Assembly: GCA_043771035.1 (NCBI GenBank)
Contig: JAYVHQ010000063.1
Coordinates: forward strand, 1 to 40,640
Direction of reading: 5' to 3'
Source: Candidatus Kaiserbacteria bacterium
Lineage (GTDB): Bacteria > Patescibacteriota > Minisyncoccia > Phycocordibacterales > UBA918
DNA: 40,640 nucleotides
Shown one piece after another: positions 8,393-16,465 of the stretch (the first letter of the stretch is position 1; each line of letters opens with the position of its first letter). The notes below the pieces were generated by a model, which was given only the letters and a program-made list of their open reading frames with translations, ran no database searches and was not told the origin of the DNA. Position numbers and translations under genes: made by a program.

Positions 8393-8932
8393 TTATCCGT
8401 GAGCTAATCCTTCCTCGCTACCAATTTGAATCATGCGCAGTTTGGCACTCGTACTCGTTGTGGCTTGTGGCTCGAGCACAATGATTTCGCCACAATATTG
8501 TGATTTCTCATCCACTTCGCTACCAGCGTGTTTAGTCGATTCTGAAACCACGAGCACATCAGGCTGTACGAGCTTGATTAAATGATTGCTCGGATCATCT
8601 ACATTTTTAAGCGTCACCACATCAACGTGACGAACGTGAGACAATATTAGTACCCGCTCATTTTCTGGTACAACTGGTCTATCTGGGCCTTTGCGTTTTT
8701 TTACCCGCGTATCACTATCTACTCCGACAATGAGCACGTCGCCGAGCTCCTTGGCCTTCTCTAAATACTGGGCGTGCCCAATGTGGAATAAATCAAAGGT
8801 TCCTGAGGTTAACACAATTTTTAGTCCCAGCTGTTTCCACAACCTGACAGAAGTCTCGAGCTTTGTATGATCTGGAATATACCGATGATCAAAACTAGTT
8901 TTATCCCCAAAAATACCCGCATTTATTGCCAT
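8393..8932 (-). CDS. cytidylyltransferase-fold nucleotidyltransferase (RfaE domain II / HldC-like)
   Basis: 179 aa with TSGTFDLFHIGH (HxGH), GDVLIVGVDSD, KGPDRPV and ATTSTSAKL. Its stop lies 1 nt from the start of the deaminase gene. Confidence 0.75.
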   Translation of the reverse strand: MAINAGIFGDKTSFDHRYIPDHTKLETSVRLWKQLGLKIVLTSGTFDLFHIGHAQYLEKAKELGDVLIVGVDSDTRVKKRKGPDRPVVPENERVLILSHVRHVDVVTLKNVDDPSNHLIKLVQPDVLVVSESTKHAGSEVDEKSQYCGEIIVLEPQATTSTSAKLRMIQIGSEEGLAHG

Positions 8933-8971
8933 ATGTGTTTAATTTAATACTTGTAGTATACTCAAAATATT

Positions 8972-9493
8972 ATGTTTAACCAATTCCCCGTTGTCATTGT
9001 GGCTGGTATAAGTGCATACAACAGAGCTCTAGGCAACAAAAACGAGTTGTTATGGCATGTCCCTGATGATCTCAAACGATTTAAAGCACTCACTCTCGGC
9101 AAGCCGGTCATAATGGGGCGAAAAACGTTTGAATCAATCATCGCGATTTTAGGTAAGCCGTTACCTAATCGTACAAATATTGTCGTCACCCGAAACACCG
9201 ATTATGCCCCCCAAGGGGCTAGGGTTGCAGCGAATTTAGAAGAAGCCTTTGCAATTGCCTCCCTAGAAAACCCGACCGAAATTCATATTGGCGGTGGCGC
9301 AGAGATTTATAAACAAGCCCTGCCATATGTCGACACTCTTCATCTGACACTATTTAACGATCAAAAAGAAGCCGATACTTTCTTCCCAGAATTTGATGGT
9401 GATTTTGTAACTAAAAATAAGCATGGTCAAATGGAACATAACGGACTGAAGTTTGAATGGGTTGATTACGTCCGAAAAGTAGCTCTAAATTAA
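8972..9493 (+). CDS. folA: dihydrofolate reductase
   Basis: 173 aa with VAGISAYNRALGNKNELLWHVPDDLKRFKALTLGKPVIMGRKTFESI. Confidence 0.9.
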   Translation: MFNQFPVVIVAGISAYNRALGNKNELLWHVPDDLKRFKALTLGKPVIMGRKTFESIIAILGKPLPNRTNIVVTRNTDYAPQGARVAANLEEAFAIASLENPTEIHIGGGAEIYKQALPYVDTLHLTLFNDQKEADTFFPEFDGDFVTKNKHGQMEHNGLKFEWVDYVRKVALN

Positions 9494-10192
9494 CCCTCGA
9501 TACAACACCCGAAACGTATCATCTTCAATCGGGGAAAAGAGTTCGTCTTTAGTGTTACCGTCTTTGAATACCAAATTAGGAATATCGCGAGCGATTACTA
9601 CAGGCATACATTCGTCGGTTTCGCCTGAGACTAAATTAGCGGCGGCGGCGATACCATCGACGATGTTGGAGCGTTCATATTTAAACGGACGACCAAATAG
9701 ATCACTGCTACCGATATGGTCTTCTAGCGGCACTATCCCCCACCAGCCGAGTGCCACGCCTGTAGCACCATAGCGGAGTGGTAACGAACGGCTATCGGTC
9801 ACGATAACGCCAAGATTCTTAAGAGCGTGCTTTCCAGTGAGAAACTCGTGAATTTTCTGCGCACTCTTGAAACAATCCTCAGGTAACAAAATGTAGTAGC
9901 CGTTACCATTACTCTCGTCAATGCCGGCAGCGCCGAGGAAAGTACTGTTCTTAATCGTCAGCGGTTGCGGACGATAATCTGTTTCGATTATATAGTCAGC
10001 TTCGCTTTTAACTAATTTCGCTTTATCGGCCTCTTCGACTTTCACACACCTCCCTTCACTAATCGCCACTACCTTTGAACTAATTAAAACTACATCGCCT
10101 TCCTGTAATTCAGGTAGTTCAGATTCAAATTTAGTAAATAAATCATCCTGTGGCGGAAGAAATATTTTGGTTTTAATAGGAATAAATTGCAT
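9485..10192 (-). CDS. CofE / COG1478-family gamma-glutamyl ligase-like protein
   Basis: 235 aa with ISSKVVAISEGR, GAAGIDESN and VTDSRSLPLRYGATGVALG, as in F420-0:gamma-glutamyl ligase family proteins. Its 3' end overlaps the folA 3' end by 9 nt (convergent). Confidence 0.7.
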   Translation of the reverse strand: MQFIPIKTKIFLPPQDDLFTKFESELPELQEGDVVLISSKVVAISEGRCVKVEEADKAKLVKSEADYIIETDYRPQPLTIKNSTFLGAAGIDESNGNGYYILLPEDCFKSAQKIHEFLTGKHALKNLGVIVTDSRSLPLRYGATGVALGWWGIVPLEDHIGSSDLFGRPFKYERSNIVDGIAAAANLVSGETDECMPVVIARDIPNLVFKDGNTKDELFSPIEDDTFRVLYRGLI

Positions 10193-10254
10193 ACCAGTAT
10201 TGTATGACGCCCACCCAAAAATAACAAAAGCCCCCGGATGGAGTGGTTATTCAA

Positions 10255-10281
10255 AAAAGGCGAGTCACTGACCCGCCTTTT
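10255..10281 (-). terminator. rho-independent terminator
   Basis: AAAAGGCG (10255-10262) pairs with CGCCTTTT (10274-10281). On the minus strand the hairpin is followed by a T-run. It lies just downstream of the 10298 stop. Confidence 0.6.
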
Positions 10282-10297
10282 ACTTTTTTGTTTAACT

Positions 10298-10867
10298 TCA
10301 AACGCTTTGGCACAACGCCACTAAACGTTCATTTTTCCAACGTGGACCATTTAATAGTGGCGCAGCACGTCCGTGCACATTTCGATGACCGACAGCCGCA
10401 GCAAGAGCGTCAACGAACAGGACTTGCTTTTCTTGACGACAATTTGCAAAGTGTTCCCAAGCGGCATTTGGACCGCCAGCCAAGAAAAACTTTGTGTCAT
10501 CAGATGACCGTGGGCGAACCCAAGACGTCATCTTCAAAGCAACTACAAAATGATGCTTGGGCGGATCATCAGGCTTTCGAGACTCAATCAGAGCTTCGCT
10601 GAGAGCCACAGCGAAAGAAGTCTGAAATTGTAATGACTTCAAACCAAACTCATCACTGAGAATTCGGAGCGCTGCCTCATACGGTGATTCAGACAAATAA
10701 ATTTCACCTTGCGGCAAAATCCAACCTTGCGGATCTGCTTTCTGTGGCAATACCATTAGCAAACTTTCCCCACCAACGCCACTAACTGCCACAAAGGCAA
10801 TTACGGTTGGTCGAGCCGCATACGCCGAACGCTGCCCTGGCGCGACCTGCTTTTTTGGATCAAACAT
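10298..10867 (-). CDS. Nudix-fold-like protein with partly degenerate Nudix box
   Basis: 189 aa. GEIYLSESPYEAALRILSDEFGL fits GX5EX7REUXEEXGU, except that RE becomes RI and EE becomes DE. Confidence 0.45.
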   Translation of the reverse strand: MFDPKKQVAPGQRSAYAARPTVIAFVAVSGVGGESLLMVLPQKADPQGWILPQGEIYLSESPYEAALRILSDEFGLKSLQFQTSFAVALSEALIESRKPDDPPKHHFVVALKMTSWVRPRSSDDTKFFLAGGPNAAWEHFANCRQEKQVLFVDALAAAVGHRNVHGRAAPLLNGPRWKNERLVALCQSV

Positions 10868-10997
10868 TTACTTCCCCCCTGTGCTGATTTCTTTCCCGAG
10901 TACTTTTATACCATGTCGGCTTAATATAGAAAAGCGGCGCCCGAGGTTAAGTCGGATGCCGCGCTTTTGTGTAGCCTGTTCAGGCCTGTAAGTGGCA

Positions 10998-11459
10998 TCA
11001 GGCTGCCTTTTCTTGGAGAAGAATCGTGAACGGAAGCAATCCATAGATCACATGTCTAATCACTTCTTCTTTTGACATCTGGTCAGATGCCTGATGAAGC
11101 TGTCTCAGAACACCCATATTGCTAAGTTTAATGAAATCGCCTTCATGTAACCGAACAAGACTTATATGGCGCATACGATTATTCTTGAGATGCGCCGTTG
11201 TCATGTAACGAAAATCAAACGGAGATACGCGTGCTCTACGTAACACTGCAAATGCTCGTGCCTTGATTGCACTCCCTGCTTCGGAAGTTCTCTGATGTGC
11301 AAATTTCCACCACTTTTCATAATGAATTTTTGAGGGATATTTTTTATGATATTTGCCCGTCAATTCAAAATACGTATCACGGTGAAAAATTAGCGTAGAA
11401 AAATGGTGGTGGCTGTCAGGAAGATTTCCATCGACTTGACCCAGAAGTAATGATGTCAT
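10998..11459 (-). CDS. hypothetical protein
   Basis: 153-aa ORF with no recognisable motif. It sits where rplA would normally follow rplK. Confidence 0.4.
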   Translation of the reverse strand: MTSLLLGQVDGNLPDSHHHFSTLIFHRDTYFELTGKYHKKYPSKIHYEKWWKFAHQRTSEAGSAIKARAFAVLRRARVSPFDFRYMTTAHLKNNRMRHISLVRLHEGDFIKLSNMGVLRQLHQASDQMSKEEVIRHVIYGLLPFTILLQEKAA

Positions 11460-11572
11460 TGTAGTCCCTCGCTTAGCTTTGGCGTCATTTGGACGCGGTT
11501 TATACTATCCTAAACCCTTTGACGCAGTAAGTCTGGATTCCTTACACTAACGATACACCATTAGTAACTCGA

Positions 11573-11606
11573 CAACAAAAAAACGCCTTGTGGCGTTTTT
11601 TTGTTG
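11573..11606. terminator. terminator downstream of rplK (symmetric, could act in both directions)
   Basis: A 15-bp perfect stem, CAACAAAAAAACGCC (11573-11587) / GGCGTTTTTTTGTTG (11592-11606), with loop TTGT. Confidence 0.75.
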
Positions 11607-11618
11607 GTGGTTAGATGT

Positions 11619-12044
11619 TTAATCAATAACCGTGACCCCCATACTCCTTGCTGTACCGGCAATACTCTTCATGGCGGTTTCAATTGACGCAGCGGTCATG
11701 TCGACGGCTTTGATTTCAGCGATTTCGCGGATTTGAGCCATAGTAATATCACCAGCTTTTGACTGAGTGTTCTTACTTGAACCTTTGTCTTTGCCGATAG
11801 CCTTGAGAATAAGACGTGAAGCGGGTGAAGTCTTGGTAACGAAGGTAAATGTTCGGTCGTCGTAGACTGAGATTACAATTGGTACTACTTCCCCCATACG
11901 GTCACGAGTTTGTTCGTTAAATTGGTTGACGAATTCACCGATATTTACGCCAGCTTGTCCGAGTACCGGGCCTAAAGGTGGAGCTGGTGTCGCTTTACCA
12001 CCTTTTGACTGTACTTTGATTGTCTTTACGAGTTTTTTAGCCAT
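11619..12044 (-). CDS. rplK: 50S ribosomal protein L11
   Basis: 141 aa with [22 protein letters not shown] and [15 protein letters not shown]. Confidence 0.95.
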   Translation of the reverse strand: MAKKLVKTIKVQSKGGKATPAPPLGPVLGQAGVNIGEFVNQFNEQTRDRMGEVVPIVISVYDDRTFTFVTKTSPASRLILKAIGKDKGSSKNTQSKAGDITMAQIREIAEIKAVDMTAASIETAMKSIAGTARSMGVTVID

Positions 12045-12077
12045 GATGTGTGTTTATTAAATGTTATTTTGTTGTGT

Positions 12078-12112
12078 GGGAGGTAGCTTATGTCCATATA
12101 AGCCATCCTCCC
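12078..12112 (-). promoter_or_regulatory. structured 5' leader hairpin of rplK (candidate ribosomal-protein autoregulatory leader)
   Basis: GGGAGG (12078-12083) pairs with CCTCCC (12107-12112), and inner GCTTAT pairs with ATAAGC. It lies 34-68 nt upstream of the rplK ATG. Confidence 0.3.
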
Positions 12113-12153
12113 TGAAGCTCGCGTATTGTACAAGAATTTGGATGTTTTGCAAC

Positions 12154-12468
12154 CTAGGCCAAAGCTCGAGCACGTAAGTAATCAGACACAGTATCAAATC
12201 CACTCGCTAGAGCTTTTTTCTCGATCTTCATCTTATCTTCTGATGAGATACGAAAACGCACTACTTCAGTTTGATTATCTTGATATTTTCGTTCGGCAAT
12301 AATAAGTGCTGGCAAATCGAGAATTAGAGCAGGAATATCTTCTACAAGAAAGTCTTGGTCGATATTTGCACCTTTGCAAACAAATCGAATAACTCCTTTT
12401 TCTTTTGCTGATTTAAGGGTGTATTCGTATTTTTTATTTTGAACTGTGATGGTTGAGCTGATGGACAT
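12154..12468 (-). CDS. small protein with C-terminal ribbon-helix-helix-like domain
   Basis: 104 aa. The C-terminus VVRFRISSEDKMKIEKKALASGFDTVSDYLRARALA has the strand-helix-helix pattern of CopG/Arc/antitoxin-type RHH domains. Confidence 0.45.
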   Translation of the reverse strand: MSISSTITVQNKKYEYTLKSAKEKGVIRFVCKGANIDQDFLVEDIPALILDLPALIIAERKYQDNQTEVVRFRISSEDKMKIEKKALASGFDTVSDYLRARALA

Positions 12469-12516
12469 ATTATTTTGTATTCACATTATAGGGTATTGTA
12501 GCTACGTGTCGAACAA

Positions 12517-12567
12517 CGTGGATTGCCGCGTCAGTTCCGCATTCGCTCCACCTCCTTGCAAAGACGG
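12517..12567. repeat. intergenic repeat family A, half copy (left arm type)
   Basis: CGTGGATTGCCGCGTCAGTTCCGCATTCGCTCCACCTCCTTGCAAAGACGG. It is near-identical in layout to 13602-13651. Confidence 0.75.
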
Positions 12568-12574
12568 CCTAAAA

Positions 12575-12607
12575 GAAAACACCCCAAGCATAGCCCGGGG
12601 TGTTTTC
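12575..12607. terminator. terminator-like hairpin between nusG and the RHH ORF
   Basis: GAAAACACCCC (12575-12585) pairs with GGGGTGTTTTC (12597-12607), with T-runs on both sides. Confidence 0.6.
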
Positions 12608-12743
12608 TGATTTTTTCGTCAACTCACTAAGAAGGTGGAAATTTGACGTAGATACAAGGCGACCAAGGAAAAGTTTGCGAGCCGTACTTTTTCGTACGGT
12701 GAGAGAACTTTTACCGTAGGGCAACGCAGTAGATGCGTTAAAT

Positions 12744-13289
12744 TTACACCTTCTTGATTTGGAGGAAGTCGAGTTCAACTGGAGTCTCCCGCCCAAACAT
12801 CGCCACCAACACTTTCACCTTCCCTGACTTCTCGTCCACGTCACTCACCTTCCCTTCAAGTTCCTTAAATGGACCGTCCGTGATGATTACCAAATCGCCA
12901 GCCGTGAGATCTACCTTATGCGTCACTGAATCGTCACTCATTTGGGCTACGAGAGCCTTATACTCGGCTTCAGAGAGCGGTACTGGTTGGGTACCACTAC
13001 CTACGAAACCAGTGACGCGTGGTGTGTTACGAACGACGTACCATGACTCGTCATCTACTACCATTTCAACCAAGACGTATCCTGGGAAAAGATTTTCTTC
13101 TTCGGTCACTCTTTTGCCACCTTTAACGCGAATTTTCTTTTCAGATGGGACAACCACGGCAAAAATCTTCTCCGTCATGTTAAGTGACTCGATACGTTGC
13201 TTGAGGTTACGCGCTACTGCATTTTCGTAGCCAGAGTAGGTGTGAATGGCGTACCAGTGTCGTTCGCCGGTGAATTGTTGTTTAGCCAT
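12744..13289 (-). CDS. nusG: transcription termination/antitermination factor NusG
   Basis: The NGN domain has WYAIHTYSGYENAV and the KOW motif has GDLVIITDGPFKELEGKV. I place the start at MAKQQ (ATG at 13289). The longer track ORF would overlap secE. Confidence 0.9.
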   Translation of the reverse strand: MAKQQFTGERHWYAIHTYSGYENAVARNLKQRIESLNMTEKIFAVVVPSEKKIRVKGGKRVTEEENLFPGYVLVEMVVDDESWYVVRNTPRVTGFVGSGTQPVPLSEAEYKALVAQMSDDSVTHKVDLTAGDLVIITDGPFKELEGKVSDVDEKSGKVKVLVAMFGRETPVELDFLQIKKV

Positions 13290-13293
13290 AGTA

Positions 13294-13482
13294 TTAGAAA
13301 GTATTAATAATAAAGTCGATACCTGAAGCAAAGATAAAATCAAACAGACTGACAAAAAGAGCTACTACGGTAGATACTAGAATAATCAAGGCTGTATAGA
13401 TCATCGCCTGGTTTTGGGTCGGCCACTTTACCTGTTTCATCTCGGCGAGCGTATCTTTAAAATACTGAGTGAGTTGTTGCAT
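13294..13482 (-). CDS. secE: preprotein translocase subunit SecE
   Basis: 62 aa with EMKQVKWPT followed by a single TM helix. It lies immediately upstream of nusG. Confidence 0.85.
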   Translation of the reverse strand: MQQLTQYFKDTLAEMKQVKWPTQNQAMIYTALIILVSTVVALFVSLFDFIFASGIDFIINTF

Positions 13483-13601
13483 GAGTAATTAATTAACCAA
13501 AATAAAAACGCCTCGGGGGCGGATTACTGTCAACTATACACCTGTATTAGGGTGGTGTCAAAGAGTTAGGAATATGGGTTATAGTAACTAAGATAACGAG
13601 A

Positions 13602-13651
13602 CGTGGATTGCCGCGTCATTCCGCTAAGCGCTCCACTCCTCGCAAAGACGA
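13602..13651. repeat. intergenic repeat family A, half copy (left arm type)
   Basis: CGTGGATTGCCGCGTCATTCCGCTAAGCGCTCCACTCCTCGCAAAGACGA. Confidence 0.75.
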
Positions 13652-13862
13652 CAGCAAGTAAATACCCAGAAGCAAAGCTAATGAGTATTTATTTATACCT
13701 TGATTTAGTCTAAAAATGTATAAATTGATGAAGTTCGATGTGAGAGAAAGTAAATAAAAGCTGAGTTTTCCTCAGATACTAGGTGAAAAAGCGTGGGACG
13801 CTTTTGCAAGACTCATTGAGCTTGATAGCCAATGAGTGGACAGTTTCTGTAAGAAAGGCAAG

Positions 13863-13906
13863 AAAAAAGACGCGAGTGGGGTGCATACCCAGCGAGCGTC
13901 TTTTTT
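13863..13906. terminator. symmetric terminator-like hairpin
   Basis: AAAAAAGACGC (13863-13873) pairs with GCGTCTTTTTT (13896-13906). The 22-nt loop contains the palindrome GGGTGCATACCC. Confidence 0.45.
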
Positions 13907-14017
13907 TCGCAGACTGACAACGTAGTGAGTGAGTGTCGCGCAAAAGTATACTTTTGCATGACCAAACGAACGCCCGCTGTATCTTTTGATACAACGTAGA
14001 TGAGGTGAAATCAGGGT

Positions 14018-14800
14018 TTATTTTACCTCGTAGGTAATGGTGACGTTGCTAGTAGTCTTGTTCTCTCCTGTTGGTATAGCGGGGGTTGGGGCCATCTCAG
14101 CTTTAGCTGACATAGAATCCATCATTCCACCATTATACATCGGCATCATAGGACTATCTTCGTAGTAGCTCACCATTTTAACTAATGTAACACCCAAACT
14201 CTCGGCCAAAATTTCAGCTTGTTTTTGAGCATCTTCGATGGCGAGCTTTCGAGCATCATCTTTTAGAGCCTCTTCATCGTCAACCGTAAAATTAAGACCG
14301 GAAATATCAGTAGCTCCTTTAGACCCAATTCCAGAGAGGAGTATCCCCGCCTCATTAATCGCTCGAACTTTAACCGATACAGTTTGATAAACTTCAAATC
14401 CGTCAGCAATCTGATCACCGGGTGGACAATAGGCACCGTAGAGACATGGTTTAGTTTCGTACTTGTATTTTGGATTTAAGTTATAGCTTTCAGTTTCTAT
14501 ATCTTTTTCTTCGATTTTATTTTCTTTAAGAAAACCAATTACCGCATTAATAACCTCGGCAGACTTAGTTTGTGCAGTAATGGCATCGGTACCCTCACCT
14601 TTGACAGCAAAGGTAAATTGAGCGATATCTGGCTTGGCAAGCACTTCGCCCTTGCCTGAGACATTAATTGTTGCTGGCCCGCCCCATTGTGATGATTGCT
14701 TCAACATCACAAACGAATAAGCTCCGAGCGCAACTACGGCTCCTACGAGAGCGAGGGTGATAAGAAGTTGATTAAGCTTTGAATTAAAAATTGCTGACAT
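14018..14800 (-). CDS. SIMPL (DUF541) domain protein, membrane-anchored or secreted
   Basis: 260 aa with an N-terminal TM helix or signal, then INVSGKGEVLAKPDIAQFTFAV, typical of SIMPL/BP26-like proteins. Confidence 0.75.
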   Translation of the reverse strand: MSAIFNSKLNQLLITLALVGAVVALGAYSFVMLKQSSQWGGPATINVSGKGEVLAKPDIAQFTFAVKGEGTDAITAQTKSAEVINAVIGFLKENKIEEKDIETESYNLNPKYKYETKPCLYGAYCPPGDQIADGFEVYQTVSVKVRAINEAGILLSGIGSKGATDISGLNFTVDDEEALKDDARKLAIEDAQKQAEILAESLGVTLVKMVSYYEDSPMMPMYNGGMMDSMSAKAEMAPTPAIPTGENKTTSNVTITYEVK

Positions 14801-14805
14801 ACGAT

Positions 14806-15762
14806 TTAGATTAGATTAAACTTGATAAAAAATGAGCCGAAAAATTGATGGAAACGCGTACTGAGTGTTTCATTCTCCTGACAAACACCGGCCAAAGCGA
14901 CCAAGTCCCCGGCAGATAATTCTGAGGTTGTTGGTTGCTTATCCATTAAATAATACATGATGGAGGCTTCACCTTCAACGTGCGGCAAGCCGATAGCGTG
15001 CCCGAACTCATGTACCAGGACGTTTTTAAGCTCTGCTTTGTCTTTAAAGTGATACACGTCAATCATATTTCCCTTATAATCTCCCTGAGTAAATTCTTCG
15101 CCCCCTGTATATTTTTGGTTATAGGTTATGACGCCACTATTATATTCGGTAATAAGTGAGTTTCCTTTTACGCTAACTTCGTTGATCTGTTTTGCCACGG
15201 TAGCTAATTTCTCAGACTGACCCTCGAGCGTCACTTCTTCATTTTTTAGATTCTTTTCAGTTCTCTGCAGCTGCGCGTACGCGTCTTCTGGCGCGCCGCC
15301 TGATTGATTGTACTTTGCTACTGTCGTATTAAATGTCTCGAGTCGTCTGTTGTAGCTGGCTACTTTGCTATCATAGTCTTTTTTAAGCACGTCATATTCG
15401 GCAACTAATTTTTCGTATTCAGCACCAACAGATTTACTAATGTTTTCTTTTTGATCGAGAGCGGCTTTTTGGACTTCCGCTTTCTCACTACGAGCTTGTC
15501 TCTCGTCATAAATAAAATTTATAGTAAAAGGCGCCCCTACTTCATAGCGAAAAAGCGTCCGCCCCACCGCCTGTTCCCAAACAGCTGCCGCCTGAGCAAC
15601 AATCGCCTCAACTTCAGCTGTCTCTAATTTGAAACGCTCATCAATTGTGCCAAGCGAATATGCCAAAGGCACTACGCACGGTGGGGCTGTTTTATAATAA
15701 TAAAAACCTGAAATGACAAGTGTCACTACCAGAACTAATAAAAATTGAAAACGCATGTACAT
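14806..15762 (-). CDS. matrixin-like (M10-type) zinc metalloprotease, membrane-anchored
   Basis: 318 aa with an N-terminal TM helix, HEFGHAIGLPH (HExxHxxGxxH) and an SIMYY Met-turn. A long coiled-coil-like insert precedes the motif. Confidence 0.8.
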   Translation of the reverse strand: MYMRFQFLLVLVVTLVISGFYYYKTAPPCVVPLAYSLGTIDERFKLETAEVEAIVAQAAAVWEQAVGRTLFRYEVGAPFTINFIYDERQARSEKAEVQKAALDQKENISKSVGAEYEKLVAEYDVLKKDYDSKVASYNRRLETFNTTVAKYNQSGGAPEDAYAQLQRTEKNLKNEEVTLEGQSEKLATVAKQINEVSVKGNSLITEYNSGVITYNQKYTGGEEFTQGDYKGNMIDVYHFKDKAELKNVLVHEFGHAIGLPHVEGEASIMYYLMDKQPTTSELSAGDLVALAGVCQENETLSTRFHQFFGSFFIKFNLI

Positions 15763-15834
15763 TATAATAACAAATTAAATATAGTTTCATACCTAATGAT
15801 AAAGCCCGCTCAGGCGGGCTTTACAGTAGCGGCT

Positions 15835-16101
15835 TTATTTACCCAGAGGATACATCTCAAACACTTCCCCATTCCCCAAGGCATCAGCACGGTAGATTTC
15901 GATCAGAACATCACCCTGCATAAAAAATACAACCGTGGTATCCGCTGACTTACGGGTGATACATTTGCCGTAGAAATCAGTACCCACTTTTTTACACATA
16001 GTTACTTGAGTGACAGTCCCTATAGGGACTTGTTCGCCACTAAAAAGCACAGCCTCAGTTGCTGATGCAAACAGCAGTGAAAGCACTAGCGAAATTGTCA
16101 T
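15835..16101 (-). CDS. small secreted hypothetical protein
   Basis: 88 aa with a signal-peptide-like N-terminus MTISLVLSLLFASATEA. Confidence 0.4.
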   Translation of the reverse strand: MTISLVLSLLFASATEAVLFSGEQVPIGTVTQVTMCKKVGTDFYGKCITRKSADTTVVFFMQGDVLIEIYRADALGNGEVFEMYPLGK

Positions 16102-16328
16102 CGTCCCCCCCCCTTGAACATTAATCTACAGTAAATTTAATACAGACCAAGTTATCCGTCAAACAAAAAAGCGGTCCTCAGCGGGGGCTATGTCGTCGCG
16201 AAACGTAGCCCCTGCTCAAAACCGCTTTCTCTATTACCTCTATCATACACGATAGGCAGAGTAGCTTAGGGTAAATATCACCAGGGGTTTGGGGGTAACT
16301 TTTAGCTTTCATGATAAATATTCAAACG

Positions 16329-16421
16329 ACGTGGATTGCTTCGGTTGAGACCTCGCAAAGACGAACGCTGACGTCTGTGCGAGGAAAGAGGAGGTACGAT
16401 GAATGACGTAGCAATCCACGT
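16329..16421. repeat. intergenic hairpin repeat family A, full copy (imperfect)
   Basis: Outer arms are ACGTGGATTGCT (16329-16340) and AGCAATCCACGT (16410-16421). The inner pair is CTCGCAAAGACG ... CGTCTGTGCGAG. Confidence 0.8.
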
Positions 16422-16431
16422 CTCAGCAACT

Positions 16432-16461
16432 AAAAACTCACGCCTATTGGCGTGAGTTTTT
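16432..16461 (-). terminator. rho-independent terminator of the nrdBA operon
   Basis: AAAAACTCACGCC (16432-16444) pairs with GGCGTGAGTTTTT (16449-16461). It lies 5 nt downstream of the nrdA stop. Confidence 0.7.
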
Positions 16462-16465
16462 ATTA

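Noticed and set aside
13290-13355. N-terminal extension of the NusG ORF (MSVCLILSLLQVSTLLLILSNT)
   Set aside because: It would overlap secE by 62 nt. The conserved NusG N-terminus begins at MAKQQ (ATG at 13289), 4 nt after the secE stop.
13483-13780. tRNA-Trp or rpmG, which commonly sit upstream of secE
   Set aside because: By eye, neither strand shows a T-arm (GGTTCGAnnCC-like) or a cloverleaf.
13779-13994. 71-aa minus-strand ORF
   Set aside because: It spans three terminator-like hairpins and the 18-bp palindrome in the long spacer, and it shows no coding signature.
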